DNA of 64,000 bases, taken from Candidatus Hydrogenedentota bacterium. Its GTDB lineage: Bacteria > Hydrogenedentota > Hydrogenedentia > Hydrogenedentales > SLHB01. A program made the position numbers and the translations under genes. The DNA is taken from NCBI GenBank assembly GCA_045863295.1, contig BTWA01000001.1, positions 1-64,000 of the forward strand. The letters run 5' to 3'. The notes beneath the pieces are model-generated. The model searched no databases. It was not told where the DNA came from and was given only the letters and a program-made list of their open reading frames with translations. Below are positions 28,610 through 38,930 of this stretch, piece after piece (the first letter of the stretch is position 1; each line of letters begins with the position of its first letter).

Positions 28610-30022
28610 CTATTTCTCCACCGTATACAGCACCGCGCCGAATTCGTCGTGGAAGGTGAAACGCGCGGTTGGTTTGCCTTCTTTCTCTTCGACGTTTACC
28701 AGCAAAAAGCCACCGGAGGCCACCGTTTGTGTATAGGGCTGCTTGATCTTCGCATCGGGGTCCGTGGATTCGGGATCGCCCGGGCTACGGCCAATGCGCG
28801 CGTTGGCCGTGACTAACGCGCCACTGGAAAACTCTTCGAAGCCGTCGGGCCGGATGGAGTGGTATTGCCAGTGCCTGTCGCCGCAGAGAATGTAAAAACC
28901 CTTCTCCTGAAACCGGTTCTCGCCAAGCCACGCAAAAAAGGCTTCGCCTTCCGTGCGAAAGCCTTCGGGGTTCGTGTGGTTGTCTTTCTTGTAGGCGTCG
29001 TCCGGTCCGATGAGCGGCGTGGGTGACACGAGGAACTTGTACGGCGCATCGCTCGTAAGAAGTGTCTCTTTCAACCACGCCAGTTGTTCCGCGCCCCATA
29101 GCGTTTTCTCCGGACCATCGGGAGAGGCATTAGGGCTGCGGTAGTCACGGCCTTCGACGAACCAGATTTGCGCCAATTTGCTTAGGCGATGCGTCCGATA
29201 CGTCTTGCCGTTGGGGTCGTCGGGATAGAGCACCGGCATTTGCTCGACGAACGTCTTGATACCCAAATCCGACTGAGGCAACCGGTCGCCGGTCGTGTCG
29301 CAATCGTTAAAGCGATGGTCGTGGTCGTCTTTCTCCCAGTAGGTCGGCACAAAGGCAAACAGATCGCGGTACCGCTGTTGCACGAACTGCTCGTGCCACT
29401 TCTTGCGCAGTTGCGGCAGCGTTTCCGCGGCCCCTTCGCGCGGATGATCATAGTAGACATTGTCGCCCGTGCCCACAAAAAAATCGGGCATCAAGTTTCG
29501 CATGGTCCACAAGGCGGGATAGCCCAGCGGCTTGTCAGGGCCCGTATAGGCGTTCTCTTCGTTGTGAAACTTATTGTAGTTCATGCCCGTAACGACAACG
29601 AACCGGACAGGGCTGGGTACACTCGGATTAAGCGTCCGGAACCTGCCCGCATGGCTAAGTCGCGGAGCCTCCTTTGTCGCACCGTAAACGGCTCGGTAAT
29701 GGTACTCGGCACCCGGTTTCAAGTCGCGTGCGGGAACCCGCGCGATGAAATCGTTTTCCGCTACGGCCTCAACCCAAGGGGTTGCCGTTGCACGGGAGAA
29801 ATCGGGTGCCTCGCTGAGGTCGAACCGCACCCAACCCGGCGCGCCCGGTACGTCACCGTCGACGGGGCCATCGGACCCGGTCAAGCGTGTCTGCAACAAC
29901 GCGCTGTTGGCAGTCACCTCGCCAGACATGATGCCTTGTGCTAGAAAAGGCTGCGCGTACGCGGACCCGGAAGTAACCAAAGCGGCCAAAAACAATTGGC
30001 AGAAACACGTTCTCATCATCAT
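28610..30022 (-). CDS. phoD: Alkaline phosphatase D family protein
   Basis: SGEVT, GTGDNVYYD, DDHD, RDYRS, GAEQLAWLK, GDRH. Confidence 0.85.
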   Translation of the reverse strand: MMMRTCFCQLFLAALVTSGSAYAQPFLAQGIMSGEVTANSALLQTRLTGSDGPVDGDVPGAPGWVRFDLSEAPDFSRATATPWVEAVAENDFIARVPARDLKPGAEYHYRAVYGATKEAPRLSHAGRFRTLNPSVPSPVRFVVVTGMNYNKFHNEENAYTGPDKPLGYPALWTMRNLMPDFFVGTGDNVYYDHPREGAAETLPQLRKKWHEQFVQQRYRDLFAFVPTYWEKDDHDHRFNDCDTTGDRLPQSDLGIKTFVEQMPVLYPDDPNGKTYRTHRLSKLAQIWFVEGRDYRSPNASPDGPEKTLWGAEQLAWLKETLLTSDAPYKFLVSPTPLIGPDDAYKKDNHTNPEGFRTEGEAFFAWLGENRFQEKGFYILCGDRHWQYHSIRPDGFEEFSSGALVTANARIGRSPGDPESTDPDAKIKQPYTQTVASGGFLLVNVEEKEGKPTARFTFHDEFGAVLYTVEK

Positions 30023-30145
30023 GGAGCCCCTTCAAATTGCCACCAAGTGACGGCACTTTAACACAAACCAAACGTCTGCTGGACGACGTCGAGAATGCGC
30101 ATACACCTCCATGCTATAGTACTCACGCACACGAGAGGCGGGTAC

Positions 30146-30688
30146 ATGAAGTACTACTTCAGGTGTCCAAGTTGTCGACAGGATGAGATGTTCTACAAGG
30201 TCGCCGAGGAAGACGACGGGGCGGGGTGTCTCTTGCTGCTCTTTGCCGGACTCATCCCATACATGCTCTTTCACAGACGCCATGGGAGGCGCGTGCAGTG
30301 CGGCCTGTGCGGCTACATCTTTGCCATGCCACCCCTGCCGGGAGGCTTAGCGGCCAGCTTGGCCGTCGTTGGGTTGTTGCTTGGCCTGGCGGTGGCGGCA
30401 TTCTGGATAGTGGTCGTCCTCGTGCCGGAAATCGAGGGTATGCTGCCCAAGCATGAGCTGGCAATCGGAATTGCGCTTTTTGTTGAGCGTCATTCCCTTG
30501 CCTTCGCGTATTCCATCGGAATTTACTTCGTTTTGACCTTCTTCCTGTTTCTATTTGTAAACGCCCGGGCGAGCCACGAATACCGATCGCAGATGGAGAA
30601 GATATACAGGACCGAACCCCAAGCCGCGTTCCGGTCTGCGGAATCGTGCCCCCGTCCCGAGATCCCCGCCTCGAACCCGGACGAATGA
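30146..30688 (+). CDS. Hypothetical membrane protein with Zn-ribbon-like CxxC pairs
   Basis: CPSC...CGLC flanking a TM hairpin, plus two further TM segments. Confidence 0.65.
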   Translation: MKYYFRCPSCRQDEMFYKVAEEDDGAGCLLLLFAGLIPYMLFHRRHGRRVQCGLCGYIFAMPPLPGGLAASLAVVGLLLGLAVAAFWIVVVLVPEIEGMLPKHELAIGIALFVERHSLAFAYSIGIYFVLTFFLFLFVNARASHEYRSQMEKIYRTEPQAAFRSAESCPRPEIPASNPDE

Positions 30689-30921
30689 GGCTTCCGTAGC
30701 GCATTTGCTTTCCCTGCCCGCCATTGTGTACACTTCGTGCACTTAGTCGTTCTGCTTGGCAGGGGTTATTGGTCTTGTGATGGTCTTTCCCGCCTGCCGG
30801 ATGCTCATCATCTCACTTACCTGGGTGCCTTCCCTCGTGTAGTTTCCCTAGTTGTCGGCGCTGAGCATGCAGAATCAGCCCTACAACTGTTCTTGCGACG
30901 CGAGAACTTTGGGAGACGTAC

Positions 30922-32199
30922 ATGTCTTTTTCAGATTTGTCAATTGATGACCGGTGCCTTCGGGTGTTGAATGCCAAAGGCATTACCAACCCGACCCCCG
31001 TACAGGCCGAAACCATTCCCGCCGCCCTCGACGGCCGCGACGTGGTTTCCATTGCCCAGACCGGCACCGGCAAGACTTTGGCTTTCAGCCTGCCTGCCCT
31101 GACGAAACTGGCTCAGGAAGGGGGCAAAGGCCGCAACCGTATGCTGGTGCTCACGCCAACACGCGAACTCGCGCAGCAGGTGTGCGACGTACTGGAGCCG
31201 CTCGGCAAAGCCGTCGGCCTGCGCACGTGCTGCATCTACGGCGGCGTGGGTATGCAACCCCAGACCTATGCACTGCGCCGCGGCTGCGCCATTATCGTGG
31301 CCACGCCGGGACGCTTGCTGGACCACATGGAGCGCGGAAACATCCGCTGGGACGACCTGACCGTCCTCGTGCTGGATGAGGCCGACCGAATGCTGGACAT
31401 GGGTTTCATGCCGGATATTCAGCGCATCCTCAAGGCCCTCCCCGAAGAGCGCCAGACCATGCTGTTTTCCGCCACTTTCCCCGACGAAATCAAACGGCTG
31501 GCCAACCAATTGCAGAATGACCCGGTTCGCATCACGATTGGCCGGATATCCAAGCCGGCCGACGCGGTTCGCCAGGGCGTTTACACGGTGCACCCCGACG
31601 CGAAACTAACCTTGCTCTCGAAAATACTTCGGGAACACGATGTGCAATCCGCACTGGTCTTCGTGCGCACCAAACACCGTACGGACCGTATCGCCAAGGC
31701 GCTCTCGAAAGAAGGCGTCCGAGCAGAGGCCATTCACGGTGGCCGCACCCAATCCCAGCGCCAACGGGCCATAGACGGATTCCGCCGAGGCAAGTTTAAT
31801 GTGCTGGTGGCTACCGACGTCGCATCGCGCGGCCTGGACGTGCAGGGCATCACCCACGTGTTCAACTTCGACATGCCCAACAACCACGAAGACTACATCC
31901 ATCGAATTGGCAGGACCGCCCGCGCCAGCGCCGAGGGCGATGCCATTTCCTTTGTAAGTCCGGAAGACGCCTTCGTGCTCGGATCCATCGAGCGCGCCCT
32001 GGGAAAAGCCATTCCACGGACCGAGTGGGAAGGCGCAGTTCACATTCCAACCCGTGGCCACGGCGGCGGCCGCGAGTTTAACGGCGGTAGCCAAGCCGGC
32101 GGGTATCGTCGTCGCACCAGCGGCGGCGGCTATCGCGGCGGCAACCCCGGCGGAGGCAACGGCCAGGGCGGCGGACAACGCCGTTGGCGCCAGCGCTAA
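30922..32199 (+). CDS. DEAD-box RNA helicase (RhlE-like)
   Basis: Q motif, AQTGTGKT, PTRELA, DEAD, SAT, HRIGRTAR, Gly/Arg-rich tail. Confidence 0.95.
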   Translation: MSFSDLSIDDRCLRVLNAKGITNPTPVQAETIPAALDGRDVVSIAQTGTGKTLAFSLPALTKLAQEGGKGRNRMLVLTPTRELAQQVCDVLEPLGKAVGLRTCCIYGGVGMQPQTYALRRGCAIIVATPGRLLDHMERGNIRWDDLTVLVLDEADRMLDMGFMPDIQRILKALPEERQTMLFSATFPDEIKRLANQLQNDPVRITIGRISKPADAVRQGVYTVHPDAKLTLLSKILREHDVQSALVFVRTKHRTDRIAKALSKEGVRAEAIHGGRTQSQRQRAIDGFRRGKFNVLVATDVASRGLDVQGITHVFNFDMPNNHEDYIHRIGRTARASAEGDAISFVSPEDAFVLGSIERALGKAIPRTEWEGAVHIPTRGHGGGREFNGGSQAGGYRRRTSGGGYRGGNPGGGNGQGGGQRRWRQR

Positions 32200-32227
32200 T
32201 CGCAATTCTACTACCGACACTGATATC

Positions 32228-32265
32228 CCCCCGATCCGCTCACGCGGGCCGGGGGTTCTTCTTTT
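32228..32265 (+). terminator. Rho-independent terminator
   Basis: CCCCCG.. / ..CGGGGG GC stem followed by TTCTTCTTTT. Confidence 0.7.
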
Positions 32266-32279
32266 GCTCACTCTCCGCG

Positions 32280-32308
32280 TTGACAATTTCTGTACTTTCA
32301 GATATTAT
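32280..32308 (+). promoter_or_regulatory. Sigma70 promoter with palindromic operator in the spacer
   Basis: TTGACA-N17-TATTAT; ATTTCTG-N6-CAGATAT at 32286-32305. Confidence 0.7.
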
Positions 32309-32326
32309 CGTAACAGGAGAAGTTTG

Positions 32327-32851
32327 ATGCAGTTGACCCCTTCCATGAAGAAGTTCATCCTTCACTGGGGCGAAATGGGCGCCCGCTGGGGGGTGACGCG
32401 CACAGTCGCTCAAGTGCATGCCCTGCTTTATGTTACCGCAAAACCTCTCCCAGCGGATGAAATCGCCGAAACCCTTTCCATTGCCCGCTCCAATGTCAGC
32501 ACCACCTTGAAAGAACTTCAAGGCTGGGGCATTGTCCGGGTCAGCCATGTGATGGGGGATCGAAGAGAACACTTCGAGACGGTCGCAGGCGTTTGGGAAA
32601 TGTTTATGACCATCCTCGACGAGCGCAAACACCGCGAAATGGACCCCACTATCCAGATTCTCCGAGAATCCATCGAGTTTGCACGTAATGAAGGGAACTA
32701 TCAGGAATACGAACGGTTAAGCGAACTTTTGGAATTCTTTGAAACCATGTCCCGGTGGTATGGCCAAATTCGCCGGATGCCTACCCCGATGTTACGCAAA
32801 CTGGCCTCTATGGGCGACAAGATGGCAGGGTTGGCGGAGAAGCTGTCATGA
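32327..32851 (+). CDS. GbsR/MarR-family transcriptional regulator
   Basis: FILHWGEMGARWGVTRTVAQVHALL, ARSNVS...KELQGWG, GDRREHF. Confidence 0.9.
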   Translation: MQLTPSMKKFILHWGEMGARWGVTRTVAQVHALLYVTAKPLPADEIAETLSIARSNVSTTLKELQGWGIVRVSHVMGDRREHFETVAGVWEMFMTILDERKHREMDPTIQILRESIEFARNEGNYQEYERLSELLEFFETMSRWYGQIRRMPTPMLRKLASMGDKMAGLAEKLS

Positions 32852-33115
32852 AAAGGACGGTATTTTTTTGCCCAGACTATTCCCCTATTTCAGAAATTCC
32901 CGAAACAAGAGACGGGTGCAGCAATTCTATTGAACGCCAAAACAACCCTACCCGAGAACGCGAGATGACCCGTCATTTGTCGTGCACGGAGTCGCTACTC
33001 CGACTCGTCGCGTTACTCCTGCGCAGACCCAGCCTGGAAGAACCAGGTCTTCATCGGTAGCAGATGCCAATCCCAACTCCGGGCAGCCTCACAACGAGAG
33101 CCCGTCACTTTCGGT

Positions 33116-35584
33116 CTAGAACACACCCAAGCGGCGTTGCGGGTTTGGCGCGACCTTCTCGCTCTCCAGCCGCTTCTTCTGAATGAGCCACACTTCCGCG
33201 ATTTGCGTGCCACGTCCAGAACTGCCCCTACCCGGAGTCTGATCCCATTTGAGGGTGAGCGTGCCGTCCTGGGTCGCTTCGACCGGAATGTCGAATTCGA
33301 CCGGCGCGATGGGATCGGGCTTGTCCATGAAATCATGCACTTGCACGTCGTCCGCAAAGAGGCGCATCTGCGTATCCCACTTATCGCCGGCGTACACGGC
33401 GCGAACAATGTACTCGGCACCAGGATCGAGGTTCTCATACTTCATGTACAGCGGCGCCTCGAACCGCGTCTCTGCATCGTTGAACCACGACCTGCGCCGA
33501 TCCACCGGCCGCGGGTAATACCCCAGCAACGGATTGGTCCGGTTCTCGGGATCGAATTCATCCGTCACATTGCGCACTAGGTGCGGCTGATTCAAGGGAT
33601 CGCCCAAGTCGTCATAGAACCCGCCCGGGCCAGGGTTGGTCCAGTTCACGATAGCGTGAATCGCCAGAATGCGGTCTTCTTCGGATTCCATCTTCCGCAA
33701 TTCAGCAAACCGGGCAGCAAGCCATGGCAGGTTGTTCAACGGACGGTCAACGAGATCAAAATTCGCGCCGCGCCCAATCGACACCGCTTGGTATCGCGGC
33801 ACACTATGCTGCATACGAATACTCTGGAAAAGCGCCTCGGCCATATCGCTAACCCGGCTGCGCAACTCCTGCGCCGCGGGATTGATTAGCGCGTCATTGA
33901 GAATCCTCTCCGCCTCCTCCACGGCGCGCAGACTACCCACTACGTCCGCACGCTGGAGCACGGCCAGGGCCGTTTGCTCGGCATGAGATTCGTGAATGAG
34001 ACGACGCCGTACAAAGGCGTCGTAATACGCGCGGTATACGATCTGCTGGAAGCGCCAACTTGACCGCACAAAAGGATTCGCGGTGCGCTCCAACTCCTGC
34101 ACCTGTAACAGCGTGGTGTCCACTGACACATTCGCGGCCAACGGTCCGGTCCAATTCCGCTCCAAGCCAAAAATTATCTCGGCGACCCCATACTCGAATT
34201 CCGTTCCAATGAAATACCGCGCATACTCGACCGCAACCTGATGCGGATCCGTGTCCGGATCCCATCCGAGCATGCTCCACAGGACCTTATTAAAATCGTC
34301 GTTCACACCCTCAGAGTAGGTGATGAATCCACCGTCGCAATACGGCGCACTCCACCGGTAAATCTCCGTGAACGCACGGGGGCGCGGATTAATCACTTCG
34401 CGATCCTGCGTGAGCGGGAACGCAACGTCCCAGTCCTGCACGGGATACTGACAGGAGTAGGAATGCGTGATATCCGGATAATGGCGAATAGGGTACTGCG
34501 CGGGGATCTCTTTGCGCATCACCGGCAGGCTCAGGCGATTCTGCGGCGCAAACACGACTCCGGAGAGCCATTTCGGTTGCACATTCTTCATGTACTCCAG
34601 AAATTCATTCATCCAATCCAGCGTGAACCCCTGCGGCGACATCCACATCTCCGCATCCGGGTGGGTCTTGTGCAACACGTCCGTCTGCTTTTCGAGTAGG
34701 GCCATCAAGTGCTCGGGCTTGGTATGGCCGGGATCGCCGCCGGGCACAAACACCACATCGATGCGCGGCAGCTCCTTGAAAACGTCGCCCCACTCTTTAA
34801 GTGCCGCATTGACTGTCGCTGGGTCGCCGTAGTTCTTGTCCATGGCCGGGTACCAAATCCACACTTCCAATCCGTACTCATCGCACACCCGGGACATTTC
34901 GGCCATCATCTCGATCTGCGGCAAGGGGAAGAGCGGGCTATCCGGTTCGTCATCGCTGCGCGGAGGAATGAGTTCGACCGCATTTGTGCCGAACACGACC
35001 ATGTCGCGCACGTACTGCTCCCACATGGGGACGGTCCATCCATCGTACGTGTTCACTTTCGGCCGGAACCCAACCTGATGGCCGCGACGGGCCGTATGCG
35101 GGGCCGTGTTGATCGACAACTCCGCGGGCAGCATAGCCTCGTCCCGGCGTAATCGGAGTTCGCGAAGCAGCCGCCCAGTCCCGAACAAAACGCCCCGCGG
35201 CGAGTTCGCCACCACGCTGACTACCGTCCGCTCGCCCTGCTTACGGGAGGAAAGGACATACCCTTCGTCGCCCTCCGGCTTCACATTCGTCAGGGCCGTG
35301 CCCAGCGGCGTGTCAAGCGTGCTTAATGCTTCCAGAGTGCCCAACACAATCACGGTATCCGTACCTTCGGGCCATGTGTGGACCGAATCCCATCGAAGCC
35401 GGCTACGCTTTTCCACCTCTTCGCGTAACATGGCCACTGCCTTCTGCACCGTCACCGGAGCTTCGGCCGGAGAAACGATAGACGCCGTACCTACTGCAGT
35501 AAAGGCAGTTTGCGCGTCGGCCACCGAAACCATCCATGCCACCGCCAAAGTCCATCCGAACCAAGCCTTGATCGCGCACCTCAT
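33116..35584 (-). CDS. Secreted putative glycoside hydrolase (GH67/GH20-like N-terminal domain, unassigned catalytic barrel)
   Basis: Signal peptide; EGYVL...SPRGVLFGTGRLLR..APHTARRGHQ pattern; C-terminal beta-sandwich. Confidence 0.65.
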   Translation of the reverse strand: MRCAIKAWFGWTLAVAWMVSVADAQTAFTAVGTASIVSPAEAPVTVQKAVAMLREEVEKRSRLRWDSVHTWPEGTDTVIVLGTLEALSTLDTPLGTALTNVKPEGDEGYVLSSRKQGERTVVSVVANSPRGVLFGTGRLLRELRLRRDEAMLPAELSINTAPHTARRGHQVGFRPKVNTYDGWTVPMWEQYVRDMVVFGTNAVELIPPRSDDEPDSPLFPLPQIEMMAEMSRVCDEYGLEVWIWYPAMDKNYGDPATVNAALKEWGDVFKELPRIDVVFVPGGDPGHTKPEHLMALLEKQTDVLHKTHPDAEMWMSPQGFTLDWMNEFLEYMKNVQPKWLSGVVFAPQNRLSLPVMRKEIPAQYPIRHYPDITHSYSCQYPVQDWDVAFPLTQDREVINPRPRAFTEIYRWSAPYCDGGFITYSEGVNDDFNKVLWSMLGWDPDTDPHQVAVEYARYFIGTEFEYGVAEIIFGLERNWTGPLAANVSVDTTLLQVQELERTANPFVRSSWRFQQIVYRAYYDAFVRRRLIHESHAEQTALAVLQRADVVGSLRAVEEAERILNDALINPAAQELRSRVSDMAEALFQSIRMQHSVPRYQAVSIGRGANFDLVDRPLNNLPWLAARFAELRKMESEEDRILAIHAIVNWTNPGPGGFYDDLGDPLNQPHLVRNVTDEFDPENRTNPLLGYYPRPVDRRRSWFNDAETRFEAPLYMKYENLDPGAEYIVRAVYAGDKWDTQMRLFADDVQVHDFMDKPDPIAPVEFDIPVEATQDGTLTLKWDQTPGRGSSGRGTQIAEVWLIQKKRLESEKVAPNPQRRLGVF

Positions 35585-35771
35585 TCCACGTATCTCCTCC
35601 ACCTTGAATACTGCCCGTTGCGTCAGTCGTCCAGGCAGGATACACATTGAACAGGGCAAGTTGAAACCACATAGCGGCGCAATTCCGCTCCAATGCCGCC
35701 GCGCTCGCCACCGGCACGCTTTGGCCCGCCAACCATTATTTGCTAAGGTGTACGCTTCACAGGAGAGTGCC

Positions 35772-36491
35772 ATGGGCGAGTTGATATTGGTGCGTCACGG
35801 GCAAGCCTCGTTTCACGACGAGAATTACGACAAACTGTCGCCATTGGGCGAAGATCAGGCGCGTTTGCTGGGCCGGTATTGGGCGCGCATTGGGTTCATT
35901 CCCAACCACCTGTTCAGTGGCCCCCTCGCACGTCAGCGCCGCTCGGCCGAACTGATTGCCGAAGGCTTTCGCGAGGCCGGCTTGCACGTGCCCGACCTCC
36001 GGATTGTGGATGACCTCGCGGAGATGCCGGTGGAAGAAATTGGTAAGCGCTTTCTTCCGCAGCTTTGCATGCAGGATCCCGAAATGATGGAAACGATGAT
36101 GCAGTTCTCCAATGCCGAGGATCGCATGGAAAAGGAAAGGCTGTTTCAACGCGTCTTTGAAAAAGTAGTGGCCATGTGGGGTGACGGTGCCTTCGCCGAG
36201 GCAGATGTTGAAACATGGGAGACCTTCGTGGGCCGGATTGGCCGCGCCATCGATCATGTTCTGAGCCACAACGGCGGAGGCGAACGCCTTGTCGTAGTTA
36301 CGTCGGGCGGTCCGACCGGAGTGACCGTGCAACGCGCGCTGGGGCTGGACGCGCCGACGACCATGAATCTCATGTGGCGTATTCGCAACGCGTCGATCAC
36401 GGAATTCTTGTTTACCGAGGGGCGCATGACGATGTCCTCCTTCAACGCCGTACCTCATTTGGAAGACCCGGACTTCTGGACGTACCGGTAG
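35772..36491 (+). CDS. Histidine phosphatase family protein
   Basis: LVRHGQAS, YDKLS..G..QA, VVTSGG, SFN..PHL; AGGAG RBS. Confidence 0.9.
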   Translation: MGELILVRHGQASFHDENYDKLSPLGEDQARLLGRYWARIGFIPNHLFSGPLARQRRSAELIAEGFREAGLHVPDLRIVDDLAEMPVEEIGKRFLPQLCMQDPEMMETMMQFSNAEDRMEKERLFQRVFEKVVAMWGDGAFAEADVETWETFVGRIGRAIDHVLSHNGGGERLVVVTSGGPTGVTVQRALGLDAPTTMNLMWRIRNASITEFLFTEGRMTMSSFNAVPHLEDPDFWTYR

Positions 36492-36648
36492 TTGAACGTG
36501 AATTGAATGCGACGCACCATGCCTGGATTTTCTCCGTTGCCAGTTGGGTTTGTGCGGGGCGCGATGACTCTTCTCTCTTTCTAGGGAGAGGTTGGGCGAG
36601 CGGGAAAAATGTGTCCCTGGGAATTGCACATTAATAGGGAGTGCACCG

Positions 36649-37866
36649 ATGGATTTCTCCATGCCTGAGCGACTGAAGGACTTGCTGCCGGAAGTGCGGC
36701 AATTTGTCGACGACGAATTGATACCCATCGAGTCCGGTCTTTTGGAAGGCGGCTTTCGCGCGATGCTACCGGAATTGGATCGGGTGCGTGAACGAGTCAA
36801 GGCCAACGGCTGGTGGACCCCCCAAATGTCCGCCCACCTCGGAGGAATGGGATTATCATTGGTGGAGCATGGGCTGCTCACAGCGGAGTTGGGGCGCACA
36901 CCCATCGGCCACTACTGCTTCAACTGCCAAGCGCCGGACGCAGGCAATATGGAACTCCTGCATTTGCACGGCAGTGACGCGCAGGTAGAGCGGTACTTGA
37001 AACCGCTCGTTCGCGGCGAAATTCGAAGTTGTTTTGGTATGACCGAGCCGGAGCACGCGGGATCGAATCCGGTATGGATGAGCACGACCGCCGTGAAAGA
37101 CGGTAACGACTACGTGATCAATGGGCACAAGTGGTTTGCCTCGTCGGCGGAAGGCGCAGCGTTTGCCATCGTCATGGCGGTGACTGATCCGACGGCCGCG
37201 CCCCACTTTCGGGCAAGCATGATCCTCGTGCCCACAAATACGCCGGGCTACCAATTCGTTCGCAATATTCCGATTATGGGTGATGTCGGAGAAGACTGGG
37301 CGAGTCACGCGGAACTGCGATTCGACAATTGCCGTGTGCCGCAATCGAACCTGCTCGGTCCGGAAGGCGCGGGCTTCATGTTGGCCCAGGAACGCCTTGG
37401 GCCCGGACGGATCCATCACTGCATGCGCTGGCTGGGCATGTGCGAGCGCAGTTTCGAGCTGATGTGCGACTATGCAGCCAAACGCGAAATCGCGCCCGGA
37501 AAACCGCTCGGCTCCCGCCAGTTCATTCAAGGGTGGATCGCGGAAAGCCGAGCGGAAATAAACGCGGCCCGACTCGCCGTACTGCATGCCGCATGGATGA
37601 TCGAAAAACTGGGACCCAAAGAGGCACGGGAAGAAATATCGTTGATCAAGTTTCACGTGGCCGGCGTGCTGCAACGTGTCGTGGATCGCGCTATTCAGGT
37701 GCACGGTGGCCTCGGGGTAACCGACTACACCCCGCTCTCGTATTTCTTCCGCCATGAACGCGCCGCTCGCATTTATGATGGCGCGGACGAAGTGCATAAA
37801 CTTTCGGTCGCCAAGCGCATCTTGAAACAGTACGGCATTGCCGTGGAGTCCGGAGCCCGGCAATGA
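36649..37866 (+). CDS. Acyl-CoA dehydrogenase (ACAD10/11, FadE2/LvaC-like)
   Basis: FNCQAPDAGNME, MTEP, AQERLGPGRIHHCMR, RIYDGADEVH. Confidence 0.92.
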   Translation: MDFSMPERLKDLLPEVRQFVDDELIPIESGLLEGGFRAMLPELDRVRERVKANGWWTPQMSAHLGGMGLSLVEHGLLTAELGRTPIGHYCFNCQAPDAGNMELLHLHGSDAQVERYLKPLVRGEIRSCFGMTEPEHAGSNPVWMSTTAVKDGNDYVINGHKWFASSAEGAAFAIVMAVTDPTAAPHFRASMILVPTNTPGYQFVRNIPIMGDVGEDWASHAELRFDNCRVPQSNLLGPEGAGFMLAQERLGPGRIHHCMRWLGMCERSFELMCDYAAKREIAPGKPLGSRQFIQGWIAESRAEINAARLAVLHAAWMIEKLGPKEAREEISLIKFHVAGVLQRVVDRAIQVHGGLGVTDYTPLSYFFRHERAARIYDGADEVHKLSVAKRILKQYGIAVESGARQ

Positions 37867-38930
37867 TTGGCGTCGACGGCACCGCGCCTGTTCGCCACGG
37901 CGAGGAGCTCAACATCTCCGCGCTGGAATCGTATCTCCACAGGACCGTGCCGGAAACCAGCGGATCCCTGGTTATCGAACAATTCCCGAGCGGGCATTCG
38001 AACCTGACCTATTTGATTCGACTGGGCGAGCGGGAGTGGGTGTTGCGCCGCCCTCCGTTCGGCAGCAAGGTGAAAGGCGCGCACGACATGAAGCGCGAAT
38101 ACACCGTGCTGGAAAGATTGCATCCCGTGTACGCGCCCGCGCCCAAGCCGGTGGTCTTCTGCGACGATCATTCTGTCATCGGTTCCGACTTCTATGTGAT
38201 GGAGCGCATCCAAGGCGTGATCATGCGCCACAAAAAGCCATCCGATTTTCCGGCCGTTTCACCCGAACTCGCATCGGCATGCTGTCGTGGCTTTGTCAAG
38301 AATCTCGCCACCTTGCATGGCCTCGACTACAAGGCCATCGGGCTGGACGCATTGTACAAGGGCGACGGATACGTCCTGCGCCAAGCGGAAGGTTGGGCCA
38401 AGCGATACGAAGGGTCGAAAACCGACGACATCGCGGAAATCGATCGGGTCATCGCCTGGCTCAAGGACCACGTGCCCATGGATACCGGAGCGGTCCTGAT
38501 TCATAACGACTACAAGTTCGACAACGTGGTGGTCGCTCCCGAAGACCTGACTCGAATAATCGGCGTGCTGGATTGGGAGATGTGCACCATCGGCGATCCA
38601 CTCGCGGACTTGGGCACCTCGCTCAGCTATTGGATGGAACCCGCGGACGCAGACGCGTTCAAAACGGTTCAGTGTTTCATGACCACATTGCCCGGCGCGA
38701 TGACCCGGCAGGAAGTAGCCAACACATACGCGGAAATCACCGGACGCGATCTGTCGAACATTCTCTATTACTACATACTCGCGCTGTTCAAGCTTGCGGT
38801 CATTGTGCAGCAGATCTACTACCGCTACAAGCAGGGCCTGACCCAGGACGAGCGGTTCGCGTCCATGATTGTCATGGTGCACTTGCTCGGGCGCAAGGCA
38901 GTCGAGAGCATCGAGACTGGACGGATGTAG
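37863..38930 (+). CDS. APH-family phosphotransferase (ACAD10/11 kinase-domain-like)
   Basis: QFPSGHSNLTY, LRRPP, AHDMKRE, HNDYKFDN, VLDWEM..IGDPLADLG. Confidence 0.92.
   Translation: MIGVDGTAPVRHGEELNISALESYLHRTVPETSGSLVIEQFPSGHSNLTYLIRLGEREWVLRRPPFGSKVKGAHDMKREYTVLERLHPVYAPAPKPVVFCDDHSVIGSDFYVMERIQGVIMRHKKPSDFPAVSPELASACCRGFVKNLATLHGLDYKAIGLDALYKGDGYVLRQAEGWAKRYEGSKTDDIAEIDRVIAWLKDHVPMDTGAVLIHNDYKFDNVVVAPEDLTRIIGVLDWEMCTIGDPLADLGTSLSYWMEPADADAFKTVQCFMTTLPGAMTRQEVANTYAEITGRDLSNILYYYILALFKLAVIVQQIYYRYKQGLTQDERFASMIVMVHLLGRKAVESIETGRM

Noticed and set aside
35106..35771. Long N-terminal extension of the histidine phosphatase in the ORF track
   Set aside because: It overlaps the opposite-strand gene; a good RBS and ATG sit at 35772.
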